In this document: one piece after another, positions 1 through 12,361 of the stretch | Numbering within the stretch: the first letter of the stretch is position 1 | Layout of the letters: each line of letters begins with the position of its first letter | Assembly (NCBI GenBank): GCA_002633005.1 | Contig: NMRA01001255.1 | Location: 1 to 33,989, forward strand | Direction of reading: 5' to 3' | DNA length: 33,989 nucleotides | DNA from: Phoronis australis | Taxonomy: Eukaryota > Animalia > Phoronida | The notes under the pieces: generated by a model | Told to the model about the DNA's origin: nothing | The model's input: the letters and a program-made list of their open reading frames with translations, nothing else | The model's database searches: none | Program-made: the position numbers and the translations under genes

Positions 1-1819
1 GGTGTTGTCACTACGGTGATGGCGGTTTTGATCAAAAACTGTGGTGGCCCCACGACTCGTGTGACGGCGGTATTACTTACAGTGTACGAAGTGGCGGTAT
101 AATAACTTGTGCACTCATCATCTGGTTTGGCTGGAATTCTAACGCTAGGACCTACAGTAGGCCTACCTAGAAACCAACACATCGAGACTACGAGAGCTAT
201 TGCCGTGCATTTTAAACGAAAACATATGATTCAGGCTATATTTTTCTTGCCGCTAGACATCTCTACTGAACTTAACCCAGGTCTTCGCAGTAAAACTGGG
301 TTCACCTTTCTTCTGGTCCTCACTTTAAATAGCGATTTGTTTAGAACAGAACCGTCGAGAGCCAACGTGTTGCTGAGTCTCGCTCAACTCGTCGCTCAAC
401 CTTCGAGTAACGATGCATCTTTAATTCGGCCTGTCCACACCTACGTGTACATGTACATGTAGCGATTTGACACAACTGCAACACAACTGCAAGACAACTG
501 CAACTCCTTAAAACTGGTACGCGTTGTAAACAGGCCGCTACATGTACATGTACGCGTAGCCTAGATAGGCGTTTAGACAAACATTTTCGACTTAACATAA
601 AGCGTCTGGCAATCTTGTATAACTGAATTGGCTGCAAAGTTGCAATAATTTTGGTTGTGACAAGATCATTGTGTGAATAATGGTGTGTACCCTAGACATA
701 ATTCAGTAAACAACTGGTTTGGTCATCGTGTGAGTTGACGCATGCATGGTAGTTGTTACGCCACCTGTAGACTTGGTTATTCGTAACAGCATTCGGACGT
801 TCCGATTGGTTAGGGTTGAAAACGTAGGCGTATACGGGTACGTGGGCGCTGGAGCACTGAAAAAAGTGTGGGCTATACGCCTGAGTCTTTTTGATGCCTG
901 CTAACTTCATATGCTGCCCCTCCCCCACCGACGCCGGCCTAAGGACTGGCGATGATATGATATGCAATCACGTGACTTGTGCTACTGCTTGCTCAAAAAG
1001 CACTGTCTTCTCCAAGAATGAGTGCAAAATCACACTCCATCACCGATGACATTGCGCTATGTATTACCCGTTGCCAGACACGTTTGCTTCCCAGGTGTTT
1101 TAGAAAACACTCTGCATGTACATGTACACTATGCACGGCGAGGAGACTGGAGGTGAATCAAGTATCACCTCGCACCACTAAACAGGTTCACGACTTGCTT
1201 GGTTCTCCACCCGGATCTTACGTAATACACAAATTTGACGCAAATTGTGGAATATCAATATGTTTGATGCGATAGGAAAACAGTTGCGATGCACTTGCCG
1301 CGTTTTTGAAATTGCATTTCTGAAATCTTGGTTATCAATTTACATTGAACATTTTGTTCACGAGGCAGCTCAATGTTTGGGAAACAGTCTAGCGATTGAT
1401 GGCAGAGTTGGTGCAGAGGCGCTCGAATTTCCCGATGACTCATAGCGTAATTTAAGAATCCCAAAGGTTGGACACCGAGGCTCCCAACTTCAACTAACTC
1501 AAATTCAAATAAATTGTCCGTTTATCATCCTGTAAAGACTGGTATCGCATAAACCTCCGAAGTTCGAACAAGCCCCCAGTTTGGCGAAATGGGCAAAAAG
1601 GTCCGCCTCACAGAAACAAAAACTTCAAAACAGTGGAAAACAAGACAAAAATCCACTAAATAGGCAGAAACTACCAAAATTCGGCGAATGCAAAATTCAT
1701 TGCTCTGAACGTACCCCGTGAATCTTAGCAAAAGGTCCAAATTCTCAAAAATATGAACCCCCCATTTTTAGGCTGGGTGCGGGCCTGGATAGCGTTCATA
1801 CAGCCAGCTGACGGGCTAA

Positions 1820-1965
1820 GAGTTTAGCAGCTTGATGGTCGCTCAACATAGAGAATAATAGCTTGATGGTCGCTAGACACATATACATGTAGATTCTAGC
1901 GCTTGATCGTTACTCAACTCAGAGTCTGGCGCCTGATGGTCCCTCAACATAGAGTCTGCCGGCTT
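1820..1965. repeat. Degenerate ~31-bp tandem repeat (AGAGTCTAGCGCTTGATGGTCGCTCAACAT-like), 4-5 units
   Basis: Recurring GCTTGATGGTCGCT / CTCAACATAGAG blocks. Confidence 0.75.
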
Positions 1966-3819
1966 AAGAGCACCAATGAGGCACCAACGATGAATCTTCA
2001 AGTGTAGCCACAAACGTTTTCCGATCGCCTAATGCTCATTGAATCTTTGGGGACAAAGGTCTCTTTTCAAAATATAAAGGCGTAATCTTTGGGACCTTCT
2101 TGAAACTCACTTTCACCATATTAAACTCTCTTCTGCGTGTGGTCCTGTCCCTAAAGTTTCTGGCTCATGTCTCAAAATTGTTTAGACCCAGCTTTGAAGT
2201 GTAGCCTGGTTCAGTAAACTTATACTTGACCACCACAAAGTAAACGTCTCCTCTTCTAGACTAGCCTTAAACCGTGATTTAGCCTCCTGCTTGTACATTT
2301 GGTTACAAGAAACCTGTGAAGTCCTGGTGTAGCTTAGTTGTGCATGGTGGTGACATTGGATAACCACGTAGAATACATGTACCATTTTTTCTTTCCAGTC
2401 ATTGTCTGGAGCCGGTGAAAAGGAATTATTGCTTACAGACGCTCCCCGTTTGCTTTTGAGTGACAAAAACGCCCAGGCTGCTTCGTTAAGAACTCAAGAT
2501 CAGTCGTGTTTTCTGCGTCGTGGGTACAGTGTTGTAAATATATGTCGTAACTGAATTTGGGCACCTAGGAAATAGTAAATGAAAAGAAACACTGACATGA
2601 GACGGAAAATAATTGCGAATTGTCTTACTGATTTATTAAACTCCTCGTTATCTATCAATTACTGCATTATGTCTTTCATGGTGCAACAGCCGTAATCCCC
2701 GACGCCATTTCTAATGCAGTTATGGAAGTAAAAACACTACATGTACATGTACATGTACATGACTACCACTGGCGGCGCACAATAAAGGGCTGGGGGGCTC
2801 TAACCCCAGTTTTTTTCAGTGCTCTGGCGCCCATGTCCTATGGGCAGTGTGCCACAGAGTGGCTGGGGGGGGGGGGCTATAGCCCGACTTTTTCCAGTGA
2901 TGCGTCGCCCATGCTTCGTCGGCTATAAGGGTGTACGGACGCCGTTCGTGCACCAAACAGTCATTGTGAGAACAATCCCAAAGACTTGTTTGGTTTTATT
3001 TTCTTGGTCCGTAACTTCGAGTTACAGACACCCAATACATACTATACATTACCAGCAGCGCTATCTTGCATGTACTTAAAGTGCTTAGTGAAATTTATTG
3101 AACATTGAATCATCATTTTGCATACATGTGCATATCGGCACTTTCTGCTTGCTATAAGTCTCCTTCAATAGCATTCACACGAGTGAGGCCCGCTACAGAA
3201 ACCTCCCCTGCGCCCTCGCACCATGCAATCAGCTGCACACGACCACGGAAAACAAGTTCGACGCTTACTTCTTTGAACCGAACCTGGAAAAACATAAAAA
3301 GGGTGTGTATTTCTATCCCCTGAAGGCTTTGGACGTGTACTGTACATGTACATGTACACTGCAATTCCTGTCTCTTAAAAGGATACTAAACCCTATTTTG
3401 ACGATTTCTTCCAATCCTCGTTCTATACCTGATAATGAATCATTGGCGTCAAAGTGGCGCTGGAATCAATTAAAAACGTGTACTCCTTGCATCACATATT
3501 GGACATTATGGTCTTTGGTGGACGGGAGTTTCCCACAGTTGCCGTGTAATTTGCTAAACGTATAGGTCACGCTTGCCCATTTAGCAAACCTGGAAATTAG
3601 TTTTCAAAATTCCCTCCAAACTTCTAAGGGTTATTGCGGTTTACAGGGCATTATTTTGTTTCAAAGAACTGGATGGGAAAGTCGTTTTTAATATCTGCTA
3701 ATAGGTCAAAACCTGGTTCGGTATCCTTTTAACCAACAAATAGTCAAATTGTTTGTTTTACAAACTTCAGTAACGTTGATCCGGATATTTTTGCTTAGAC
3801 CTGCTTAGTGCCGAGGCAG

Positions 3820-3868
3820 CACCACCATCAACAACGACAACAACAATAGTAACAACAATGACAACAGC
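3820..3868. repeat. Degenerate (AAC)n microsatellite
   Basis: CACCACCATCAACAACGACAACAACAATAGTAACAACAATGACAACAGC. Confidence 0.8.
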
Positions 3869-4895
3869 TTTCATTAGTTGCAAAGACATAAGACCTTCTG
3901 CCACTCAATGCTAGCAGACCGGTGTCATTATTCTGGTTTTTTAACAGAAAATCAGAAGCAGAACCCGCAATATTCCTGCCGTGTATGGCCAATGGATTGA
4001 CCAACACCTACAGGTATGAACGGGTTGCCTGAAAACACGTGCCCGTAGCTTTAGGAGTACGCACCCCCACACCTCCTCCCCCCGCACAACGAGTGGAGGG
4101 AATATCAAGTCAAATACAGGGTACATTAGGCTAGAATAACCATGCCTGCAGAAAAATTGATCGTGGCCGAGGTGAGCGGGGCCGGGGTGCAAAGCGACCG
4201 AGGGGTCGGATTTCAGCTTTAGCATTCCCTCGTTTTAATAACTAGCTACTGGCGTGTCACTATAAATGTTGATGGTCCATCGTGGTTCGATGTTTGCAAA
4301 TTCACAATGATTGCTAAAACACGTCATGGATGTCATGCTCTGTTAGAACTCAGCTGTTGCAGAGACAGCGGTAGAGTCGTGTCACGTGATGCGATTACAA
4401 AAGCATCGTACCTTCTTTGTCTTCATTAAGAGGAAGAGCTTGAAGAGAAACCGCAACTAAGACAAGTGTCAAAATCAGAAAGAAACACTCTCTCTTCATT
4501 TTCGAGTTGTGTCAAGGCTTCAGTTCACGCTGTAATATAAATATTTTACGTCACTCTAAAAGTACGAATATAGCGTACATGTACATGTATTTGTAAGCAA
4601 CACGGGTTCAAACTACTATTCTAATCTTTCTCACATGTCTTCAAAAACCAAAACTTATCTAAAATGTTTTAATGCGTAAAAGAACACTCATCTCTATCTT
4701 GGTCTAACAGTTACCTCTAGATTACTGGAGTGGCCCATCACGCGCATTAGTCCTTAGTTGTGTAAAATTTTGAATGATTATTACAATGTTTTTCTAAATC
4801 GGCGTGTAGACCAAAGTTTGATGTGAATAAGTCTAGCCCTGGGAGGACCTCCACCCTTGTCGTACCAACAAATTTATTTTGAGACACAATGCCAA

Positions 4896-5100
4896 TAGTG
4901 TGGCTCAATGGTTTAAGCTCCGGACTCCTGTTTTTGAGGACTGAGTTCCAACCCTGACTTCACTGGTTCAATGGCTGACAATCGAGCATAGCACAAAGGT
5001 GTCTCCTATTCATCTGAGGTCGGTCTTACTTGAGAGTGTATACAAGTAGGTACATAGGAACCTCGATATAATGCAACAGCGATTGATGAGGCCGTGCTCT
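4896..5100 (+). mobile_element. tRNA-derived SINE, family 1, copy 1
   Basis: A box TGGCTCAATGG (4901-4911) and decayed B box GAGTTCCAACC (4943-4953). The body shares CCGGACTCCTGTTTT, CAATCGAGCATWGCACAAA and GAACCT.GATATAATGC with 21636-21860. Confidence 0.7.
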
Positions 5101-6762
5101 TAATGTTTATTACGATGGTAAAATGCTTAAACCGAAGAAATCAAATCGTTCATGTACTGCGTGAGCAACAGCAAGGGACGGGATTAGTTCAGTGTGAACA
5201 GACCTGAGGGTCTAATTTTTGTACACGATATCGAACTCGAAAATTTGTTGACATTTATACGCTTGTGCTAACTCCGGATAAATGTGGAGTAAAATATGGT
5301 TTAAGCATATCAGTTTCTAATCTACATGTATGTTCGCGATTGATGACCTGACGATTCGAGCTGCAGTCGACTAAAAACTCGAGATTCCGAGTAATATCTT
5401 GAAGTTTTGAGTTCAGACTCTAACTTTTAGCCTCAACGTCGGGATCACAAAGTGCGCTAAACGAAGATTAGACACCTACATGTATCTACCCAAGCCTTTA
5501 TTTGCTCGCGCATAGAACGCTGGACACACTTTCTGAGTTTGCGCAAATTAAAGTACATATAGAAAAGAAAATGACAAAATGATTTCTAGTTCGACTTAGA
5601 ATGCAAAGATTGGACCCTGGGTTTAATTTCCATATATTTAGAATGTTACACTTTACCAGCTAATAATGCGTCAAATTACACACAAACGGCTGTTAAGAGA
5701 AACATTGACTACTGTCGATTCTAGTCGCCTCGCAAGTCCTCCCATACATTTGGATGACGCACGCTGTTGTAATGGTCGACAGTCCACCCGCTGTTCAATA
5801 ATCATTCCAAAAACGGAGACACGTATGTTAGAATTTCTAATAGATGACGCAAATTTCGTAAGGTTTTTGCTTTGCGTACCGTATGGCCCTTAACAGCACG
5901 TCCCTGTCACAAAGACTGCGTCTACATGTAAGCTCTCACACGTATGTGTGCAAGCTGAATAACTCAATATACGGTACAATGTTAAAGATCTCCCAAAACC
6001 TGAAACGCTCTCAAACAAGGATTCCATGGTCTCCCATTTTGAAAAAAGTACATGTACTCAAAATACAAAAGCACACACACTTACTGTACAAGCGAGTCAC
6101 TCTTCTGTCCTGAGTTGTTATTAGCGACTGTTTTCTGCCGTTCGTAATACGTAACCATATTTATATGTCTGCGTGACGTTAAAAGTGCAGCACAACGTTT
6201 GATAAAAACATTAATAACATAATTAGTCCTGGGTAGAATTTCGTTATCACGTAAATTTCAAACCAAATATGATCACGTGATTTGCGGTAGAGTTCTTGCT
6301 TTTCTCACAAGAAACTAGGCTTAAGGAACAGAAACGTGGTTTATTCCCAACTTCGCCTGACGTCTACTCCTCGCTGATCATGACCAATTTCAGCTTACAG
6401 TGTACATGTGTACATCAGACGACTTTTCTTCTTGAAACTATCGACAACTAAAAATATTCTTGGTCATCGCATCAACTGACAAAAATTAGCAAACATTGAG
6501 TAGAACAAACAGTCTATTTTCGTTGACCTGGCCGCATTTAATTCTACTAATTACCAAATGTGTTTAATCAAGAAATTTGTGTTAAAGCAAATAGAACTAG
6601 GTGATTGTGTACAGTGTAATTGTGGTATCACACAGTTTAGTGTTTTTTTTACTGTGTAGCGTTAGAGTGCATTCGAGATTAATTGTAGGGCAAGTGCTTG
6701 GCAGGTAGTATGAAGACTATTGATATACTTAAATAGTTGAAGATATAAATATAAAAAATAAA

Positions 6763-6822
6763 TGCAGGTGGTCTGACACAAGTTGCACCAGACATGCGCA
6801 GGCCGCGCATGTGGGCCCATTG
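6763..6822 (+). repeat. Short dispersed repeat, also at ~25369-25434 (defensin intron 1)
   Basis: TGCAGGTGG.CTGA ... TGCA.CAGA..TGCGCAGGCC ... CCCATTGC is shared between the two sites. Confidence 0.6.
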
Positions 6823-6869
6823 CACTGATCAACTGGAACCATTTTTATGCTTTATTAATATATACTTAA

Positions 6870-6988
6870 AACCGAGCTGAGGAGCTTGAAACTTGACTCA
6901 AGGGTTTAGCCGTGTGACCTAGTGGTAATCGACCCCACGACCTCGAGTAAAGAAAGCAGGCACCCATCGCACTAGGCCACACCGCCTC
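6870..6988 (-). mobile_element. tRNA-derived SINE head, second family
   Basis: Minus strand reads GAGGCGGTGTGGCCTAGTGCG (A-box-like) ... GGGGTCGATTACC (B-box-like), followed by AAACCCTTGAGTCAAG. There is no complete cloverleaf. Confidence 0.5.
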
Positions 6989-7254
6989 TTATGAGTTGAA
7001 GATATGGACTGTATTGGGATTTAGAAAATCTTAATACAAAGGCACATACAATATAAGTACGTTAATTGACGAGCGATACCCGAATGGCGACTGGGTTGAA
7101 CACCTTGTTGCAGAATCAAACACCAGAGTCGCAGAAAATTTTGGACTCCTGGGTACCATGGCAGGACAAAGTGAAAGAAAATGATCTAATCTTGGGGTTA
7201 AGAACTTGAAGTACACGTCTACATGTACAGTTGTATGTATAGCTTATCAGGTCC

Positions 7255-7925
7255 AGGCAAAAATTATTGAGGGGTGGGGTAGAAACCAATTCAACTTCGC
7301 CAAACTACCCCCTTCCTATTGCCAGCACCCCAACCCCTTTCACCGGATGCCTCCATAATTTTACCAACCCCACGCCCTCCATAGTTGGGGGGGAATCCCT
7401 GGATGCAGCCTTCAGGATTTGAGTAACCTTGAACCAACAAAATTTTTCGGAGAGTAAGAATGGGTCTAGGGCCAGCGCAGTGACGGCCGGGTAGGTGGGA
7501 GCTGCCTCAAGTAACTGTAGCTGAGATCTAACAGTATGAAAATATGAAATTCCATAACTAGAGCTAGTCGTTGCTCAGGTCAGCTATGATTCACTTGAAA
7601 CAGGCTCGTACCTACAATGTTTCCTTCTGCGCTGGCTATAAGGAAAAGATTCATGTAATTATGATCCAGTTTCGTTAAAAGTTCATTTTATAATGACAGT
7701 TCTTTGAAGGAATTTTTTAAAGGTGAGCTCCCGAGGTCCCTGGTAGAGTGCCTTCAAGGCTGTTTCAGAATCCCTTGATGAATCACATCCGGTAGACCCA
7801 TCTCTGGTTGCTGGGGAAAATGATAGATGTCGTGACTGTCTCAAAAATGTACACAGTTCAACGCCTGGAGTTCAAATTCTGTGGAACTCTAAGATTCTGC
7901 GCGGGCCTTTTGCATGTTTACACCA
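7255..7925 (-). repeat. Old dispersed repeat (~650 bp), inverted relative to 33085-33720
   Basis: Colinear shared blocks: GCGCTGGCCCTAGACCCATTCTTA, TTTTGTTGGTTCA.GGTTACTCAAAT, CAAGTGAATCATA, TTCATCAAGGGATT, ACCAGGGAC.TCGGGA.CTCACCTTT, TCCTTCAAAGAA. Identity is roughly 70-75% by eye. Confidence 0.85.
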
Positions 7926-8020
7926 GCCAGTCATTATGTGCTCTGTTTGTGTAGTATTTACGCGACTGGTAAGCAAACGATTCAGTTTTAAAGAATTTGG
8001 ATTCATTGCGCAATACCATT

Positions 8021-8462
8021 GTGCCGGGTTGCATGAAACAGTCCCAAATAGGGACTCAACTAAGTTCCCTAAATCTTTTGCCTCTTTTTGTCTTTGTTTA
8101 CTTACAGATGCAATCTTTTGATATCATTTCATCTTCATTTTGAGGTCCAATTTGCATATTGACATTTTGTAAGAAATAAAACTAAAAACTGAGTCCAGAA
8201 TTCAATGAAAATAAATACATGTAGGCACTTAGTCCTTAAGTTAGGAGCGTTGCACGAAAAGATCCCTATATATTTTCGATAACATTGAGACTTCAACGTC
8301 CAGTTCACCCTCGATTTGTATCAAAGCCAAAAGTTGACTTAGTAATGAAACTAAAACAGCAGAAAAAAGGGCAATCGATATTTTCACAAGTCCAAAAATA
8401 CGCAGTGGATTTAGGGAACTTAGTTGAGTCCCTAATTGGGATTGTTTCATGCAACCGAGCAC
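8021..8462. mobile_element. MITE with 55-bp terminal inverted repeats
   Basis: 8021-8075 (GTGCCGGGTTGCATGAAACAGTCCCAAATAGGGACTCAACTAAGTTCCCTAAATC) matches the reverse complement of 8408-8462 at 51/55. The interior is AT-rich and non-coding. No clean TSD. Confidence 0.85.
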
Positions 8463-9255
8463 TGGAAACTAAAAAACATCAAGGAAGTGCAAAGGCAACC
8501 TTTCCAAGTTGATGAGAAATGAGCATAAATTGATTTATAAGTACTTAAACCTCTTTTCCCGCCTCCGGTTTCTGAATTTAATCCCACTAATCTAGCTCTT
8601 CATGTATGCGAAATTTAGGCGCATGCGCCAATATGCGAATCGCTTGGCTAAAAAATGTCGCAAAAAGGCATGGATGCATACATGTATATGTACAGTGTAC
8701 ACGTGTTACATGAGCCTAAAGGCTCGGCAATACGGTTAAAAGTCATGCATACTCTTAGTACTTAGGCTTTTAGATGCCCCTTTTATGATCACGGCATTGC
8801 GTTATGAATTTCATTCTTTTTGTAATCAGATACTCCTCTGTTGCAATTCAGTTTAATGTTGATGATGTTTGACCTTCTGATACGACGCGTTTTGATACAT
8901 TACGGAAGTGTGTGACATTATCAACAACTCTGTGTATTTAGTGGTGTAGAAAAATCAGATATCCTGACAAAACTATGAAAAACAAGCGTTGTGTGATATT
9001 TTCACAAGTCATTTCTTCATAACTTCATGGTCAGTTTATTGATTTAGTGCCAAAAATAACCGCAATTTGCCAAAATGACATACAAATCACCTTTGACTCA
9101 AGCGATGCTTCGTTCAACGTAACGTATCTCCAATAATTGGAATAGACAATAGCTTAAACCTCTACCTGCTCTTCCTCAATGTGTTACGCCTTGAACTCAT
9201 GTCTCTGTTTTCACATTGGAAGTAAAAACAACATAAATTCATCAAATTTACTCAC

Positions 9256-9474
9256 CTTGCCTGGCTTCACTTCTCGAAACAGGTTTGAAAAATTCGTTCT
9301 CGATCGCATTCCGGTCCTTCTCGATCGCGGGTTGGCCGGGGTGGTGTAGTGTTTAAGTAAAAGGCATGCATTTTCTGAGATAGTCCGCAAAAGTTTATTT
9401 TTGACTTCGTGTCAATCCTGGGTCACGTGACCATGTCTTATTAGTGATTTGTTTCTGATAGTAAAATTACGTCA
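9256..9474 (-). promoter_or_regulatory. Candidate promoter and first exon of a second, downstream minus-strand transcript
   Basis: Perfect AAG|GTGAGT donor at 9256/9255 after a CpG-rich stretch. A palindromic E-box GGTCACGTGACC (9421-9432) and a CRE-like TTACGTCA (9467-9474) lie upstream. No downstream exon was identified. Confidence 0.3.
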
Positions 9475-10602
9475 TTAACATCATGACCAAATTCTAATTA
9501 ATAAAAATGATCAAGATGATATCTCAAAAACACCGGAACGGTTTTTAAAACTCATTTTGTTTTTGTTTTTGTTTTATGCAACTTTTGATTTTTTTCATAA
9601 AAATCATCAGTGATCAGTTATTTGTAAGCATTTGAAAAGCATAAAGCACAGTTTCAGAAAAAAATAAATAATTCCTACCCAACGTTGTCACCCATCTCTG
9701 AGATAAGGATGTTCGGAATTGTCAATTTTGGATGTTTTTCTACAGTCCTACAAAAAATTAACGCCAGTCACAGACATGATAGATGTGTTAATTCAACATT
9801 GAAGGGCCTCAAATCAAGTTTTGCCTCTGGCCCCTAAATGTTTAGGACCGGCCCTGGGTAGCAGTCAATGGGAGGTGGTCCACTTCAGTGTAAAATGGTT
9901 CACCATTCGTTCCCCAAATCGTATGTTGCACGGTATATACTTGTCAGACCTACCTTCAAATAATTCAAAGCGGCTGTAAACCCATATTCCGTCGAAGTAA
10001 TTAAGTTTTGATTGAGCCCACTGATTGACGTATGACCTTTGACCTAAAGTTAACTTGTTCGTTGCTCAGATGAGAAGTGTATGATGTGTTTGGTTAGATT
10101 GGCAGGGCGCTTATACTGACACGCCATCACTAGCCAACTTATAGAACTATAAGCTTGGTACAAATCAATAAGGAGCGGTCAGTTCTTTCCATACCCCGAA
10201 ACCACCTCTGAGTTCACTACAGGACACTTTTGAGACCATTCTTTCGGTGAATGTTATTAATCAGATGTTGTCAAAGCCAAGTAAGTTTTTGTCGTAATCG
10301 GACAAAAAGGACATTTCTGCATACGAGCCATTTTTAGTGAGCACTTATTGCTAATCAGACAATGGGCACATTGGGAGAGTTCACGTTTTTCAACAAAAGA
10401 TGCATTCACGAAAACTAATTCATGTTTTTCTTGGAGGATCTGATGCCAACGCCTTCCCAAGCAGTCAATGTTCTATTGTCCAACAGTTCACTGCTACAGT
10501 CTCGTTTTGATGATGATGGAAATTCAAACTCGCAACCATCGATATTCATGAGAGTGATAAATGAAGCAACAAAAAGACAATTGATGGTCGCTTTGACAGA
10601 TT

Positions 10603-10608
10603 TTTATT
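10603..10608 (-). terminator. Polyadenylation signal AATAAA of the defensin-like gene
   Basis: TTTATT on the + strand, shortly downstream of the predicted stop in exon 4. Confidence 0.5.
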
Positions 10609-10653
10609 TTGCCTTAGTCGTCAATACATTTATATGGCATCCATGTCGTTGAC

Positions 10654-10664
10654 CTACCAAGTCG
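10654..10664 (-). CDS. Probable terminal exon 4 coding part (adds S-T-W-stop)
   Basis: Strong acceptor TTTATTTTCAG| at 10665 with an upstream CTAAC branch-like motif. The phase-1 join gives TCG ACT TGG TAG, and AATAAA lies ~45 nt after the stop. An alternative acceptor at 10979 cannot be excluded. Confidence 0.55.
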
Positions 10665-11349
10665 CTGAAAATAAAGTATTAAACGTTAATTAATTACAGC
10701 CGTTAGAAACTCGAGCAGAAAATGAAAGACACTTGAGCTGAGTACAGACTGTTGGAGGTAGAGAGGCGAATTTGCAAAATTCATTTCAAAGTTATACATG
10801 TAGTTTTAGTTAGTGTAATGGATTTCCGCCAACATTGTCGACTTGTCCAGTGAGATGAAATCATCGATCACAACTTATGGAAATTAATCCGAAGTAATTT
10901 TGTCGACTTTGCTACGCCGCCAGGCTGTTTCTATCGGCACAAAATTTGTCGTCCTTTGTCGATTTCCACAGACGAAAACTGAAAGAAGTTGAATCTCTTT
11001 GAATAGAGACGGAGACAACAAACTTGAGTTATCTGACTCGTGATCCAAAGCCTTGCAACTTTCGTCCATGAACATAGAACGCGCGAACCAGTCAGTCATC
11101 GCTCCCCAGCAGAAGCAGAAAAGCGGCTCTAAAATGTCGGAAAAGTAATTTTGCAAAGAATTCCATTTGTTGTGATTTATGATTTTTCATCCAGTTATTC
11201 ACTTGGATGAGTGCGTGGAAACCTTCACCGTCTGTAATGTCCCCGTGTTTTTCGGGTCAAGTTAAGTAGGGATAACGATGAGCAAAACATAATAACTACA
11301 AGTTTTAACTTTGGAATAATTTAAAAATTATTCCAAATTCCCTGACACA

Positions 11350-11864
11350 GGGGACCTAATCTCCAAGTTCAGACTTGAACTCATTTATCTAAGTTCTCGA
11401 AATCGTTTGCGTACTTGAGACGTTCATAACTCACATGGGTAATCTCTTTCTATCACCTTCTCTTTATCATGAGCTCTTTCTGATTCATGACAAGCTCTGG
11501 CAATATTACTAAAATCGAGTCTTTAGTTCAGTGAAAATAAGTAGAGGCTAAGTCCGAAATTTGGGGCGTTGCAGTAAATTAACAGTTCTCTACTTATGTT
11601 CCATAAAATTGAGAAGTCAGCATAGAATTCAATCTCGTTTTGCATTAGGAATAACACTAAAACGCCATAAGAATGGACAATACATGTAAGTGTTTCCACA
11701 AGTCCACAACTCGGCAGTAAATTTAGGCCGAAACTCGCTGGAGTTCTAATTGGGTCAGTTTCACGAAGGCAATGGGGCATTTGTCCCAAATTGTCTTTCA
11801 TCGTCAATATCTCGCGTAACCTCGTAAAATCTCGGTTTTTCATCGAGCTCCTTGCGTTAATTAA
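11350..11864 (-). pseudogene. Decayed L1/Tx1-like LINE apurinic endonuclease remnant (second copy ~14290-14946)
   Basis: One frame (with stops) gives, in order, LINARS, RLREIL, CLRETD, SYGVLVLF, YCNAPN, VIERDYPC and MSSSLNL. These resemble the APE-domain motifs SLNVRG, KRxxIF, CLQETH, SxGVAIL, IYAPN, IxGGDFNC and LNLxD. Confidence 0.45.
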
Positions 11865-12361
11865 CTCTACCCAGTGTTGGAAAATTAGAAACCAAGCCCT
11901 TCAGTCATAGGTGTAAGATTTGGAAGGATCTTATTCAGGCTAAAACGGCACAGTGGGCTCTGCTCTGTGATTTGAAAACTGATGCGGTGATACGGTATGC
12001 ATGTAGTTTTACTTTATAGAAGTCACATAATGCGTTGAAGTGGTGCGCGATTTTTTCCAGTATCGGCGATCCAATATTCGGTGGTACTCTGATCGACCGG
12101 AGTTGATTGCACTCGTGGCCAGTCGTGAGGTATTGGGAGCTGACTGCGACCCAAAACCACACCACTTGCAACTAAAGAAGTGACGATTCCTGCTAAGGTA
12201 CGTTACATTAGTTTGTGTAGCTTTTGGATCAAAAAGTGTTAAAATTGTTGGGGTTGGGCGCTGCCTTCCTTTAAACATTGAGGCGCAGTTTTCAAAAAAG
12301 TTTAGTCGCAGACCAGATCCAAAAATTCTATTTTTTGGAATTTGCATACGTTTTTACTTAC

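Noticed and set aside
2767-2913. hAT-like MITE (CACTGGCGGCGCA ... TGCGTCGCCCATG)
   Set aside because: The ends are only loosely complementary and no 8-bp TSD is visible, so it is too weak to call.
109-6113. Numerous 60-117 aa ORFs in the first 6 kb
   Set aside because: No recognisable motifs or codon bias, often built from TACATG runs (VHVHV, CTCT, YMYM), and of lengths expected by chance.
6600-6850. Paralogous defensin gene suggested by similarity to intron 1 sequence
   Set aside because: Similarity is limited to ~60 bp, and no signal-peptide or Cys exon was found nearby.
10884-10978. Alternative terminal exon after the CTTCTTTCAG acceptor
   Set aside because: It would add 31 unrelated residues with an odd Cys and has no nearby AATAAA. 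The 10664 exon fits better, though this option is not disproven.
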